64,000 bases of DNA from Flavobacteriales bacterium (lineage in GTDB: Bacteria > Bacteroidota > Bacteroidia > UBA10329), in assembly GCA_021739695.1 (NCBI GenBank), contig JAIPBM010000023.1, positions 1,156 to 65,155 of the forward strand, written 5' to 3'. The notes beneath the pieces were generated by a model, which worked only from the letters and a program-made list of their open reading frames with translations, did not search any database and was not told the DNA's origin. A program made the translations under genes and the position numbers. This document shows positions 30,464-40,910 of the stretch, piece by piece (position 1 is the first letter of the stretch; each line of letters opens with the position of its first letter).

Positions 30464-32894
30464 TCGATTATCCATTATCCTTATACTGCTGCTGGTCAGT
30501 CATTTTGTGTACGCCCAGATTACTATAAAAGGGACCGTTACCGATGATAACGGTGAACCGATGTTCGGAGTGATTGTGCATGTTGATGGAATCACGGAAA
30601 GTTTTACGACCGATGATCAAGGTTCGTATAAGATCGTTGGCCTGAAACCAGGATCTAAGAATTTCACTTTTTTCCAGCCTGGTTACAAAAAAGTTGAGCG
30701 GACCATTGATCCAAAGAGTGGCACACATCGATTGGATGTACAACTTGCTCCACTATCGAAAGACCTCGAAGGCGTGGTTATTTCAGGTAAGAAGGAGGAT
30801 TTAGAAGTGATGACCACGCTTCGACCTGTGGAAGGAACGGCCATTTATGCAGGAAAGAAAACCGAAGTGATTCAGATGAATAACATCACTGCAAACCTTT
30901 CCTCCAATCGGGCACGACAGATATTTGCACAAGTAGCAGGATTGAATATATGGGAATCTGATTGTGCAGGAATTCAAATTGGAGTAGGAGGTAGGGGACT
31001 CAGTCCGAGCAGGAACGAGAATTTCAACACACGGCAGAACGGGTACGACATTGCTGCAGATGCACTCGGCTATCCCGAAAGCTATTATTCGCCTCCGATG
31101 CAATCGATAGAACGCGTGGAAGTAGTGAGAGGCGCGGCATCGTTGCAATACGGGCCGCAGTTCGGTGGTATGATCAACTTCGTAATGAAGGAAGGCACGA
31201 AGGATCGGAAATTTGAATCAGAAAGTATTCAATCCATCGGATCGTATGGATTTTTCAATTCTTACAATGCTGTTGGCGGAACCATTGGCAGGTTCAATTA
31301 CTACTCTTTCTTTCAATATAAATTAGGGAAATGCTGGCGTTGTAATTCCGATTTCGACAATTACACGGCTTATGCAGGTTTGCGCTATACATCTAAGAAT
31401 GGCACGTCTGTAAAGATGGAATACACTCGAATGTGGTATCTGGTGCAACAGGCTGGAGGTTTGACTGATGCTCAATTCAATCAGGATCCGCAGGCCGCTT
31501 ACCGAGACCGAAATTGGTTCCGCGTGAAATGGAACGTAATGGCGCTTTCGCTGCAACACGAATTTTCCTCAACCGCAAAATTGGATGTACGCTTGTTTGG
31601 CTTGATCGCTTCGCGCGAAGCTTTGGGTTTTCAAGGAACTCCAAATCAAAGTGATCCGATCAATAATCCCGGATCTTCCGCCATTCAGAAATTCAGGAAT
31701 CTGATCTTAGGAAACTTCAACAACATAGGAGGCGAGTTCCGATTTCTTAAACGCTATCAGATAAAAGAACAGCCACAGATTTTTCTAACTGGCGTCCGAT
31801 TGTATAAAGGATTCACGCAAAGTAAACAGGGAGCTGCAGATTCTACTGATGGGCACATTTTTGAATTCGTAGATGTTGTTGCAAACGGATCATCGTCAAG
31901 TTATCCGAGTGGAAATGTGGCGTGGTTTGCTGAGAATATCTTCAACCTTCATAAAAAGTTGAGTATCACACCTGGGGTTCGCATTGAGTTCATTGATACA
32001 AAGGCCACTGGTGAGTCGCGTACTGTTTACCGCGATCAGGCTGATAACGTGATTCTAGATAGTCTGCGAACAGGCGATACAAGACGACAACGATGGTTCC
32101 CGTTGTTTGGCGTTGGTCTGAGTTACAAACCTCTCAAAGGAATGGAGCTTTATTCCAACTTTTCGCAGAACTATAAGCCGATCAACTTCAACGATCTGTG
32201 GGTCTCCAATCCAAGTTATCGGATTGATCCTAATATGAAGGACGAAACAGGATTCAATGCCGATCTCGGTTTGCGAGGCAGAATAAAGAACGCGTTCCAG
32301 TTTGATGTAACAGGTTTCCTTATGATGTATAACGACCGCATCGGTTACATACAACAGGTTGATCCAGAATTGTTCAGCGTTTACAGGCTTCGCACAAATG
32401 TCTCGAATGCCCGAACGGTTGGCATAGAAAGCTATTTGAGATGGAACGCTGTGGAAACCTTCTTGCACAATTCAGATTGGAAGTTGGGAATCTTCTCAAA
32501 CGTAACTTGGCTTGACGCCAGATATGTTTCGTCAGACGAATCTGCGTTTAGAAACAATCGGGTAGAACTGACGCCTTCGTTCCTTGTTCGTGCTGGATTA
32601 GATCTTGGATGGAAAGATATTAAGCTCTCTTATCTGTATTCTTATACAGCCAAGCAATTTACAGATGCAACCAATTCTGTTCAGACAAGCAACGCTGTAA
32701 ATGGTGTCGTGCCGTCTTATTATGTAATGGACATCAACATGACTTACAAAATCTGGAAGTTCAATTTTGGGGCAGGAGTAGAGAACCTTACGAATAATAT
32801 GTACTTCACGAGGCGTGCAACCGGATATCCTGGCCCAGGCATCATTCCTTCATCAGGAAGAACCTTTTACCTGACCGTTGGAATAAAGGTGTAA
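30450..32894 (+). CDS. TonB-dependent receptor (FecA-like) with N-terminal CarboxypepD-like domain
   Basis: plug RQNGY..DALGYPESYY, GAASLQYG, C-terminal YFTRRA.GYPGPG..GRTFY. Confidence 0.93.
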   Translation: MNQISRLSIILILLLVSHFVYAQITIKGTVTDDNGEPMFGVIVHVDGITESFTTDDQGSYKIVGLKPGSKNFTFFQPGYKKVERTIDPKSGTHRLDVQLAPLSKDLEGVVISGKKEDLEVMTTLRPVEGTAIYAGKKTEVIQMNNITANLSSNRARQIFAQVAGLNIWESDCAGIQIGVGGRGLSPSRNENFNTRQNGYDIAADALGYPESYYSPPMQSIERVEVVRGAASLQYGPQFGGMINFVMKEGTKDRKFESESIQSIGSYGFFNSYNAVGGTIGRFNYYSFFQYKLGKCWRCNSDFDNYTAYAGLRYTSKNGTSVKMEYTRMWYLVQQAGGLTDAQFNQDPQAAYRDRNWFRVKWNVMALSLQHEFSSTAKLDVRLFGLIASREALGFQGTPNQSDPINNPGSSAIQKFRNLILGNFNNIGGEFRFLKRYQIKEQPQIFLTGVRLYKGFTQSKQGAADSTDGHIFEFVDVVANGSSSSYPSGNVAWFAENIFNLHKKLSITPGVRIEFIDTKATGESRTVYRDQADNVILDSLRTGDTRRQRWFPLFGVGLSYKPLKGMELYSNFSQNYKPINFNDLWVSNPSYRIDPNMKDETGFNADLGLRGRIKNAFQFDVTGFLMMYNDRIGYIQQVDPELFSVYRLRTNVSNARTVGIESYLRWNAVETFLHNSDWKLGIFSNVTWLDARYVSSDESAFRNNRVELTPSFLVRAGLDLGWKDIKLSYLYSYTAKQFTDATNSVQTSNAVNGVVPSYYVMDINMTYKIWKFNFGAGVENLTNNMYFTRRATGYPGPGIIPSSGRTFYLTVGIKV

Positions 32895-33087
32895 TTCGTA
32901 ATAGTTTTTGTAACCAATTGTGCCCGAATTAAGTAAGAAGGCATCAGATAGAATGGGAACCAGTCAAGAGCACATTTCGTTATTTGTCGATAAACCCTCT
33001 GAAAATGAGGGTTTAAGGCTCGTTCGAGACGTTGTCTGTTCCTGCTAATTTTTGTTACTTGCGAACCATAATAACCAGACATAGGTC

Positions 33088-33999
33088 ATGACAAAAAGTA
33101 AATATTCAAACAAGTGGATCGGATACAGTGGCGCACTTGCGCTTGCTGCCATTTTTATGGTCGGCTGTGTATCTGACGTAAAGAAAGACGATGGAGGAGA
33201 GGGCGTTGCTGAAGTGGATTCTTCGGCTACTAAGTTGATGACCATTGGAGGAAGTATGTTCAGTATTCCTTCTCCAATTCAAACAGCCATGCTGATTGAA
33301 AAGTCAGGTTCAGATTACAATAAAGGTTTTTTGAATGATGCCAAAAAAGTGACCACTTACGCTACCAACTACCAAAAAGCGCTCAACTTGGGTGTTTACG
33401 GAGCTGATGTTGGTTACGTTACCATTTACGATCAAAGTCAGGATGCCATCAAATATCTTGGAGTCATCAACAAATTGTCTGATGAGCTTGGTATTACTGG
33501 TGCATTTGATGAGAACACCATCAAACGATTTGAGAACAACTTCGGAAAGCGAGATTCCATGCTGAACTTAGTAGCAGTTGCTTATCGTAATTCAGATGCT
33601 TTCTTGAAAGATAACGACCGAATGAATGTTGGAGCCTTGGTTCTTGCAGGAGGTTGGATTGAGACTCTTTACTTCTCTACTCAAATTGCAGTTAAGGATA
33701 AGAACAAAGATGTGATCAATAGAATTGGCGAGCAGAAGTACACGCTGAACAACATCGTTAAAATGTTGACTCCTTATTACAATCAACCAGAGTATGACGT
33801 GTTGGTTGATGACCTGATTGAGTTGGCTTACGATTTCGATGCGATTGATATTCAATACTCCTATGAAAAACCAGTAGTTGATATTGCCAATAAAACTACC
33901 AAGATCAACAGTAAGACCACGGTGGTGATCACTCCTGAGCATCTTCAGGGAATTGCCGATAGAGTAAAAATGATCAGAAACAAAATAGTAGGCCAATAA
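33088..33999 (+). CDS. hypothetical all-helical lipoprotein
   Basis: lipobox MVGC; SIPSP, ALNLGVYGAD, GGWIE.LY, RIGEQK motifs. Confidence 0.75.
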   Translation: MTKSKYSNKWIGYSGALALAAIFMVGCVSDVKKDDGGEGVAEVDSSATKLMTIGGSMFSIPSPIQTAMLIEKSGSDYNKGFLNDAKKVTTYATNYQKALNLGVYGADVGYVTIYDQSQDAIKYLGVINKLSDELGITGAFDENTIKRFENNFGKRDSMLNLVAVAYRNSDAFLKDNDRMNVGALVLAGGWIETLYFSTQIAVKDKNKDVINRIGEQKYTLNNIVKMLTPYYNQPEYDVLVDDLIELAYDFDAIDIQYSYEKPVVDIANKTTKINSKTTVVITPEHLQGIADRVKMIRNKIVGQ

Positions 34000-34424
34000 T
34001 GAGAACGATGACACTAAGAACACTTATGGCCACCCTTATTGTGGGATTGGCGTACGTTGGAAACGTTTCCGCGCAATGTGATTCCATTGCAAAAATCTGC
34101 GCTGACAACATTACTGGAGATTACATTTCTGATGGGCAGTCTTATCGGGCCCTGTTAAATGGAGATCAAGTTGCTGAATTCCGTGCTACTTTCTACGGAG
34201 GAAGCACTTACAGAATTGCAGGTTGTAGCGGGTTTACAGATGGAAATCTCATTTTCGAGATCTATGATGAAGACCACAATCAACTTTTCGCAAGCAGCGA
34301 ATACAAGAACACGCCTTACTGGGATTTTCAGTTTGGTTCTACCGTTGATTGTACGATAGAGGCGAAATTGAATACGGTTAATGTGAAATCCGGTTGTGCC
34401 ACAATGGTCATCGGCTTCAAATAG
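33999..34424 (+). CDS. secreted hypothetical protein with four Cys
   Basis: signal peptide ending SAQC; translationally coupled to the upstream gene (TAATG). Confidence 0.75.
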   Translation: MRTMTLRTLMATLIVGLAYVGNVSAQCDSIAKICADNITGDYISDGQSYRALLNGDQVAEFRATFYGGSTYRIAGCSGFTDGNLIFEIYDEDHNQLFASSEYKNTPYWDFQFGSTVDCTIEAKLNTVNVKSGCATMVIGFK

Positions 34425-34455
34425 CACCTAATCTTATTACGCGATTCGCGTAACC

Positions 34456-34496
34456 AAAGGCATCCTTACCCCGTTGTAAGGATGCCTTTCTTTTTT
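34456..34496 (+). terminator. intrinsic terminator/hairpin between 141-aa gene and ABC gene
   Basis: 14-bp perfect stem aaaggcatccttac/gtaaggatgccttt followed by a T-tract. Confidence 0.8.
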
Positions 34497-34503
34497 AGCG
34501 CCT

Positions 34504-37500
34504 ATGAGTGAACGTATACTAAAAGCCTTAATGCAGCTCTTTGCCTTGGTAGCCAAGGACGAGAGCTTTTCCGATTCAGGAAGGAAGGTCGTTAGGGTTT
34601 TTTTAGAACAGCAGCTTAATAAAGAGCTTGTTCTTCAGTATCTCAATACGTTTGACGATTTCTTTAAGGAATATCATGGCGATACAGATGAGCTTGACGA
34701 AAAGAAGAAGAAGCGAATCTCCAGAAGTTCGGTTAAGATCCTTAAGATCTGCATGGCCATTAATTCTGAGCTTACGCAGAAGCAAAAGATCATTGTGCTT
34801 TTCAGGTTGCTTGAGTTTGTCAATTCTGACGGATCAATAGACGGACAAGAGCTTGATTTCGTCAACACTGTTTCTGATTCATTTAACATTGATGAACAGG
34901 AATTCTTACGCTGTCTTCGTTTCGTTAAGGCTACGCCAGGCGACCAACACGATTCGGATACGATTCTAGTGGTTAGCAATCAGAAGAATCAAGCATTCGA
35001 GCGCGCGCATCACATTTATTCCGAATCACTGCATGGGGAAATTCGTGTGCTTCATGTTCAAAGTGTAAGTCTTTATGTATTCAGGTATTTCGGCACGGAA
35101 ACCCTGTTTATCAATGGGCAGCCGGTACGTTCCGGAACGGTAAATATTCTGTCTCAAGGATCATCCATCAGAACTTCTGGTCTTGCGCCTATTTATTACA
35201 GCGATATCGTTGGCCGATTTATGCGCGCCACGGTCGATCAGGCGTTGGTGTTTGAAGCAGATAAGATTGAATTCACTTTTCCTGGTGGAAAAACGGGCTT
35301 ACATCGACTTGAGCATAGGGAAGGTTCTGGACAGTTACTTGGTATTATGGGAGCCAGCGGTGCTGGAAAATCCACTTTGCTCAATATTCTTAATGGCACA
35401 ACAGCTCCAACAAAAGGAGCCGTTAAGATCAATGGCGTTGATATTTACAAAGAGCCCGAAAGGGTAAAAGGACTTATCGGATACATTTCTCAGGATGATC
35501 TTCTTATTGAAGACCTGACCGTGTTCGAGAATCTATATTACAACGCGAAGTTATGCTTTGATGGATTCACGGAGTATCGTCTTACCAAAATGGTGATGGC
35601 AACGCTTAAGAATCTAGGATTGCATGAGATAAAGGACCTGAAAGTTGGAAGTCCGCTCAATAAGAAGATCAGCGGTGGGCAGCGCAAGCGACTGAATATT
35701 GCTTTGGAATTGATTCGAGAGCCATCCATCCTATTCGTAGATGAACCAACATCAGGTCTGTCATCGCGCGATAGCGAGAACATTATGGACCTCCTGAAAG
35801 AACTGGCTTTGAAAGGAAAGCTGGTATACGTGGTGATCCATCAGCCATCGTCAGACATTTATAAAATGTTTGATAAGCTGATGATCTTGGATACGGGCGG
35901 ATATCCTGTTTATTACGGAAACCCGATAGATGCCATCAGTTACTTTAAAGCGCAGATAAATGATGTGACCAGTAATGACGTTGAATGTCATAATTGCGGT
36001 AATGTGAATCCGGAGCAGGTGTTCAACATCATTGAGGGAAAGGTATTGGATGAATACGGGCAGCTTACTCAATTGAGACGAGTGAAACCGGTAGATTGGA
36101 ATGAGAAATTTCTGAATTCCGGTAAAATGGAAGCGGAATTGGCGGATAAAAGCAGTCATCCGGGAACGCTTCCGAAAGCTGCAACCATTCCGTCAAAATT
36201 CACCCAGTTCGTGGTTTTTATTACGCGTGATGTTAGGTCGAAATTGGCCGATACGCAGTATATGTTGATCAATTTCCTTGAGACACCTGTGCTTGCAGTC
36301 ATTCTTGCATTTCTCGTCAGGTATTTTGCCAATGATGAAGTAGGATATCTGTTCCGAGAGAACGACAACATCCCTGCATACATGTTCATGTGTGTGGTTG
36401 TGGCCTTATTTTTTGGTCTTACCGTTAGTGCTGAAGAGATCATTAAAGACAGGAAAATCCTTAAACGGGAGAAGTTCTTGAACTTAAGTAGATCCAGTTA
36501 TCTGGTATCTAAGATCATGATCATGTTCTTCATTTCATTTGCTCAAACCCTTTCGTTTATACTTATTGGGAATGCGATCCTTGAAATTCAGGGCATGAAC
36601 ATGGCTTATTTTCTCGTCTTGTTCTCTACGGCTTGCTTTGCCAACATGTTGGGCCTTAATATTTCAGCCAGTTTCCGAAATGCAGTCACCATCTACATTC
36701 TCATTCCATTCCTCATCATTCCACAATTACTATTAAGCGGTGTTATTGTGGAATTTGACAAATTGAACCCTGGATTTTCTTCCAATGAATATGTGCCGAT
36801 AACGGGAGAGATCATGGCTTCAAAATGGGCTTACGAAGCACTGGCAGTCCATCAGTTTAAAACGAATAAATACCAGAATGATCTGTTTGAATTCGATAAG
36901 ACGATCAGCGAAGCGACATTCCGAAAGGATTATTGGATTCCTGAACTGAAGAAGAAGGTGATTTCGCTTGATGCTGAATCAATGGATCAGGATAAGCAGA
37001 TCAGTACGCTTGGTCTTATCCGTTCTGAATTGATCAAAGAGAATAACTTCAATCAGGATCTTCAATTCGCAAAGGTTGATGAACTAACTCCTGACAAGCT
37101 TTCGGCTGAATTGCAAACGGAACTAAGAGAGTACTTAGATCGACTTGCAAAGCATTACGTGAAAAAGCGCAATACGGTTGATGCTGAAAAAGATGGGTTG
37201 ATTGCTACCAAGATCAAAACTCCAGAAGAACGCGAAGCATTTAATCTTCTAAGAGACGATAATTACAATGAGAGTTTAGGTGATCTTGTGCTTAATAGTT
37301 CCGATTTCTATCGGATCATAGAGCGCGATGGCAAGTTTATCCAGCGCTTACATCCTATCTATCAGGATCCTGTTGGAAGTAACCTACTTCGATCTCATTT
37401 TTTTGCTCCTAGAAAAATGCTTTTCGGCCATTACATTGATACGTATTGGGCCAACGTGCTGGTGATCTGGTTGATGTCCATTTTCCTGATGGTCACGCTC

Positions 37501-37587
37501 TATTTCGATGCGCTTTCTAAGCTGCTCAATTTCATTGGCGGACTGGGCGAGAGGATTTCGGACCTACGCGAAAGGAAACGGAAGTAG
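34504..37587 (+). CDS. fused ABC transporter: TerB-like N-terminus + ATPase + ABC-2 (ABCG/White-like) membrane domain
   Basis: GASGAGKST, ISGGQRKR, ILFVDEPTSGL, IHQP; CHNCG; C-terminal TM helices. Confidence 0.87.
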   Translation: MSERILKALMQLFALVAKDESFSDSGRKVVRVFLEQQLNKELVLQYLNTFDDFFKEYHGDTDELDEKKKKRISRSSVKILKICMAINSELTQKQKIIVLFRLLEFVNSDGSIDGQELDFVNTVSDSFNIDEQEFLRCLRFVKATPGDQHDSDTILVVSNQKNQAFERAHHIYSESLHGEIRVLHVQSVSLYVFRYFGTETLFINGQPVRSGTVNILSQGSSIRTSGLAPIYYSDIVGRFMRATVDQALVFEADKIEFTFPGGKTGLHRLEHREGSGQLLGIMGASGAGKSTLLNILNGTTAPTKGAVKINGVDIYKEPERVKGLIGYISQDDLLIEDLTVFENLYYNAKLCFDGFTEYRLTKMVMATLKNLGLHEIKDLKVGSPLNKKISGGQRKRLNIALELIREPSILFVDEPTSGLSSRDSENIMDLLKELALKGKLVYVVIHQPSSDIYKMFDKLMILDTGGYPVYYGNPIDAISYFKAQINDVTSNDVECHNCGNVNPEQVFNIIEGKVLDEYGQLTQLRRVKPVDWNEKFLNSGKMEAELADKSSHPGTLPKAATIPSKFTQFVVFITRDVRSKLADTQYMLINFLETPVLAVILAFLVRYFANDEVGYLFRENDNIPAYMFMCVVVALFFGLTVSAEEIIKDRKILKREKFLNLSRSSYLVSKIMIMFFISFAQTLSFILIGNAILEIQGMNMAYFLVLFSTACFANMLGLNISASFRNAVTIYILIPFLIIPQLLLSGVIVEFDKLNPGFSSNEYVPITGEIMASKWAYEALAVHQFKTNKYQNDLFEFDKTISEATFRKDYWIPELKKKVISLDAESMDQDKQISTLGLIRSELIKENNFNQDLQFAKVDELTPDKLSAELQTELREYLDRLAKHYVKKRNTVDAEKDGLIATKIKTPEEREAFNLLRDDNYNESLGDLVLNSSDFYRIIERDGKFIQRLHPIYQDPVGSNLLRSHFFAPRKMLFGHYIDTYWANVLVIWLMSIFLMVTLYFDALSKLLNFIGGLGERISDLRERKRK

Positions 37588-37754
37588 CTACGTTGACCTT
37601 CTAAAAACATCAGTTGTCGGGCTAAACAAGGCAACTATTGTTAACTATGTTTCCAAATCTTGGATTTCGGCCATAAGTGCTTGAAAAAGCGCTGCATGCA
37701 TACTAATTTCGGAGAGTAGCTTTTAAGTTACACTCAACCCCTAATTATACACGA

Positions 37755-39860
37755 ATGAATTTCCGCTTATTGGCTCTTTTGTTGAGCCTTTTGTTCACCT
37801 GTCAGCTCAGCTCTCAGGCACAGATCAATGTTGCTAATGTTGAAATTGTCAGAGACAATTTTGGAGTTCCACATATTTTCGGGAAGACCGATGCAGATGT
37901 TGCTTACGGTTTAGCTTGGGCAACTGCCGAAGATGATTTTGGCACGGTTCAACAATTATTGTTGGCGGCAAACGGCCGACTTGGTGAAGTGACAGGTAAA
38001 AATGGCGCCTTGCTTGATTTTATGGGCAAGATAGCGCAAGTAGAAGAGCAGGTCGAAAAACGATTTGACGGTACGTTTTCTGAGCATTATCTGGAATATC
38101 TGAATGCATACACCGATGGATTGAATCGTTTTGCAGAATTACATCCAGACGAAATACTGCGGAAAGGCCTTTTTCCCATCACTCCTAAAGACTTGGTCAA
38201 GGCAAATACACTCACCTTGGTTTTTCTAACGAGCGTTTATGTTGAGATTCAGCAGATCTTCACGCGTTCCATCGTGCTTTACGAACGAACTATAAAGTAT
38301 GATGGAAACCTTCCCGATGGTTCGAATGCCTTTGCAATCAATGGAAACAAAACCGCTAACGGACACACCTATCTTGCCATCAATTCCCATCAGCCTTTGG
38401 AAGGGCTTTTTTCTTGGTATGAAGCGCATTTGGTAAGCGATGAGGGAATGAACATTTTGGGAGGAACATTTCCAGGAGGAGTCAATATTTTTCATGGTGT
38501 AAATGAACATTTGGGATGGGCAGCAACGCTCAATCATCCCGATCTGTGCGATGTCTATAAATTGGAAATGAATCCGAAATCAAAATTGCAATACAAGTTT
38601 GATGACGGTTACGAAAATTTGGAGACGTTCAAAGCCAAAGTGAAGGTAAAACTTGGGCCACTTCGCGTTCCTGTTACCCGTAAATTCTACCGAAGCAAGC
38701 ACGGAGTTGTCATCAGAAATAAAGATGGTTTCTATGCGCTCAGATTCCCAGCCAATATGGATCTGGCAGGGACAGAACAGCTGTATTGGATGAACAAGGC
38801 CGACAACTTCGATGAGTTCAATAGAGCCTTGGCATTGGGGCATTTTCCCGGAACAAACAACATTTACGCAGATGGTGAAGGCAATATCCAATATGCGAGT
38901 CTTGGTATGTTCGCGTACAAAGACTCCACTTACGATTGGCTTTCTGTATTGCCCGGAAATACTTCCAAAACACTTTGGGAAGAGAAGTTCCATCCTGTTT
39001 CAGACCTTCCTCGTTACGTAAATCCTACATCGGGATATCTGTTCAATACCAACGGAACGCCATTTGTGGCCACTGCGGATGAGGAGAATCTGAAATCATC
39101 CGATTTTAACAAAACCTTCGGGTATCAAGATGAGAGCAAGATCAACAATCGCACGATCAGATCTAAAGAAATACTGAGTGGCTTTGACAAGATGACTTGG
39201 GAAGATTTCAGAACACTCAAGTACGATCAAACTTTCAATGATGAATGGGCGACCTTCAATATCAACAACATGAGGACGATTGAACAATTGGATCCCGCCA
39301 AATATCCTGATCTGAAAGAAGCGATTGAGGTTGTTAACGCTTGGGACCATACTGCCAATGTGGAAGACACAGAAGCAGCTTTGTTGATTCTTGCTTTCAA
39401 TAATTTGGCTGCCATCATCATGTCAAACGGAATGCAATACGCATCCAATACGATTCCTGAAGAAAAGTTTGTGGAAGCTTTGCTTGATGCCAAGAAACAC
39501 ATGTTGAAGCATTTTGGTGCTTTGCGCGTACCATTAGGAGACGTTCAAAAACACGTAAGAGGCGATAAAGTGATCGGAGTGGGTGGAGCCCCTGACGTGA
39601 TTGCGGCCAACTTCTGCAAACCTTACAAGAAGGGAATGATGAAGACCTTTGTGGGCGATTCGTACATCATTCTGGTTGATTTTGATGAAAATGGAAAACC
39701 AACCATTGGAAGTATCAATGCATTTGGTGCAAGCAACAGACCAGAAAGCGCGCATTACAACGATCAGATGGAACTCTGGGCTGCTCAGAAAACCAAACCT
39801 ATGACCTTGGACAAACAAGAGGTTTACGAAAAAGCAGAGCGCGTTTACCATCCTGAATGA
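37755..39860 (+). CDS. penicillin acylase family Ntn-hydrolase
   Basis: RDNFGVPHI, GSNAFAI (catalytic Ser), NSHQP, WYEAH, S.HY.DQ. Confidence 0.92.
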   Translation: MNFRLLALLLSLLFTCQLSSQAQINVANVEIVRDNFGVPHIFGKTDADVAYGLAWATAEDDFGTVQQLLLAANGRLGEVTGKNGALLDFMGKIAQVEEQVEKRFDGTFSEHYLEYLNAYTDGLNRFAELHPDEILRKGLFPITPKDLVKANTLTLVFLTSVYVEIQQIFTRSIVLYERTIKYDGNLPDGSNAFAINGNKTANGHTYLAINSHQPLEGLFSWYEAHLVSDEGMNILGGTFPGGVNIFHGVNEHLGWAATLNHPDLCDVYKLEMNPKSKLQYKFDDGYENLETFKAKVKVKLGPLRVPVTRKFYRSKHGVVIRNKDGFYALRFPANMDLAGTEQLYWMNKADNFDEFNRALALGHFPGTNNIYADGEGNIQYASLGMFAYKDSTYDWLSVLPGNTSKTLWEEKFHPVSDLPRYVNPTSGYLFNTNGTPFVATADEENLKSSDFNKTFGYQDESKINNRTIRSKEILSGFDKMTWEDFRTLKYDQTFNDEWATFNINNMRTIEQLDPAKYPDLKEAIEVVNAWDHTANVEDTEAALLILAFNNLAAIIMSNGMQYASNTIPEEKFVEALLDAKKHMLKHFGALRVPLGDVQKHVRGDKVIGVGGAPDVIAANFCKPYKKGMMKTFVGDSYIILVDFDENGKPTIGSINAFGASNRPESAHYNDQMELWAAQKTKPMTLDKQEVYEKAERVYHPE

Positions 39861-39978
39861 TCTTTCATTTTGGTCTGAGTTCAAGTAGCAGGTAGTTGCT
39901 TGCAAATGTTTTAGTCGAAATGGTCAAGCCGTGAGAGGTGGAATCTCTCTACTTTTACATTGATAAAAATCTTGGATC

Positions 39979-40863
39979 ATGAAAGTCATTAAGTCCTTAT
40001 TACTGCTTACGCTCCTAGGTGTTTTCAGCCTTCAATTGTCGGCACAGAACCAGCTAGAAGATGTGGTTTATTTGAACAACGGTAGCATCTATCGCGGTGT
40101 GATCATTGAAGAAGTTCCGAACGAGAGCCTCAAGATCCGGATCATGGGAGGAAGCGTAGTTGCCATTGCTATGGGTGATATAACGAAGAAGACCAAAGAG
40201 CCTTTTTATACGGAAGAATCACCAGCGCCCGAAACTGTTTCTCCTGTGCGAAATGAACCAAGGCCAGAGCGTGTAAAAACACCATTCGAACCAAGAAAGA
40301 AAGGCTACTTTTTCCAAGGGCAATTGATGCTCGAAATTCCACAGGCAGGGGTTAGAGTAGTGAACGGTTACAAATTCGGACGCTTCGGACATGTGGGTAT
40401 TGGTGTTGGATTGGACCTCGTGGGAGGTTCCGTATTCAATGGTCCGGTCAATGATCTGGATGTGACTGATCTGGCTGGTGTTTATCTGCCTTTGTACCTC
40501 TACTATGCTGGAGACATCCTGCAAAGTCGTATCACACCATTCTATGCCATTGAGGCTGGCTATACGCACCCACTCAATTCTGGAAGTTTTGGTGGCGGCA
40601 GATTTGTAGACGATGGCTTTGGAGGAAGCAGTATTACGCTTGATAGAGGTATTGCCATGGGTTCTGTGGGAGTAGGAGTTCGGTTCAATACGGCCCGAAG
40701 AGTCAATTTTAGCCTCTTGCTGAACGTAGAGATCAAAAGCGTGCAGTATTCTGAGGAATATTACATCTACGATGATTTTAGTGGCGTGTATGATAGCTAT
40801 GGAGTTCAGAATCAGAATGCCACGCTTATCATTGGCGGACTTCGATTTGGCATCGGATTCTAA
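39979..40863 (+). CDS. outer-membrane beta-barrel hypothetical protein
   Basis: signal peptide, DVVYL.NGS..RG.IIE domain, C-terminal LRFGIGF. Confidence 0.72.
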   Translation: MKVIKSLLLLTLLGVFSLQLSAQNQLEDVVYLNNGSIYRGVIIEEVPNESLKIRIMGGSVVAIAMGDITKKTKEPFYTEESPAPETVSPVRNEPRPERVKTPFEPRKKGYFFQGQLMLEIPQAGVRVVNGYKFGRFGHVGIGVGLDLVGGSVFNGPVNDLDVTDLAGVYLPLYLYYAGDILQSRITPFYAIEAGYTHPLNSGSFGGGRFVDDGFGGSSITLDRGIAMGSVGVGVRFNTARRVNFSLLLNVEIKSVQYSEEYYIYDDFSGVYDSYGVQNQNATLIIGGLRFGIGF

Positions 40864-40910
40864 CGGGCCCACGTAAAAACCAGATTAAGTTATTTCCCAA
40901 AAACCACTGT

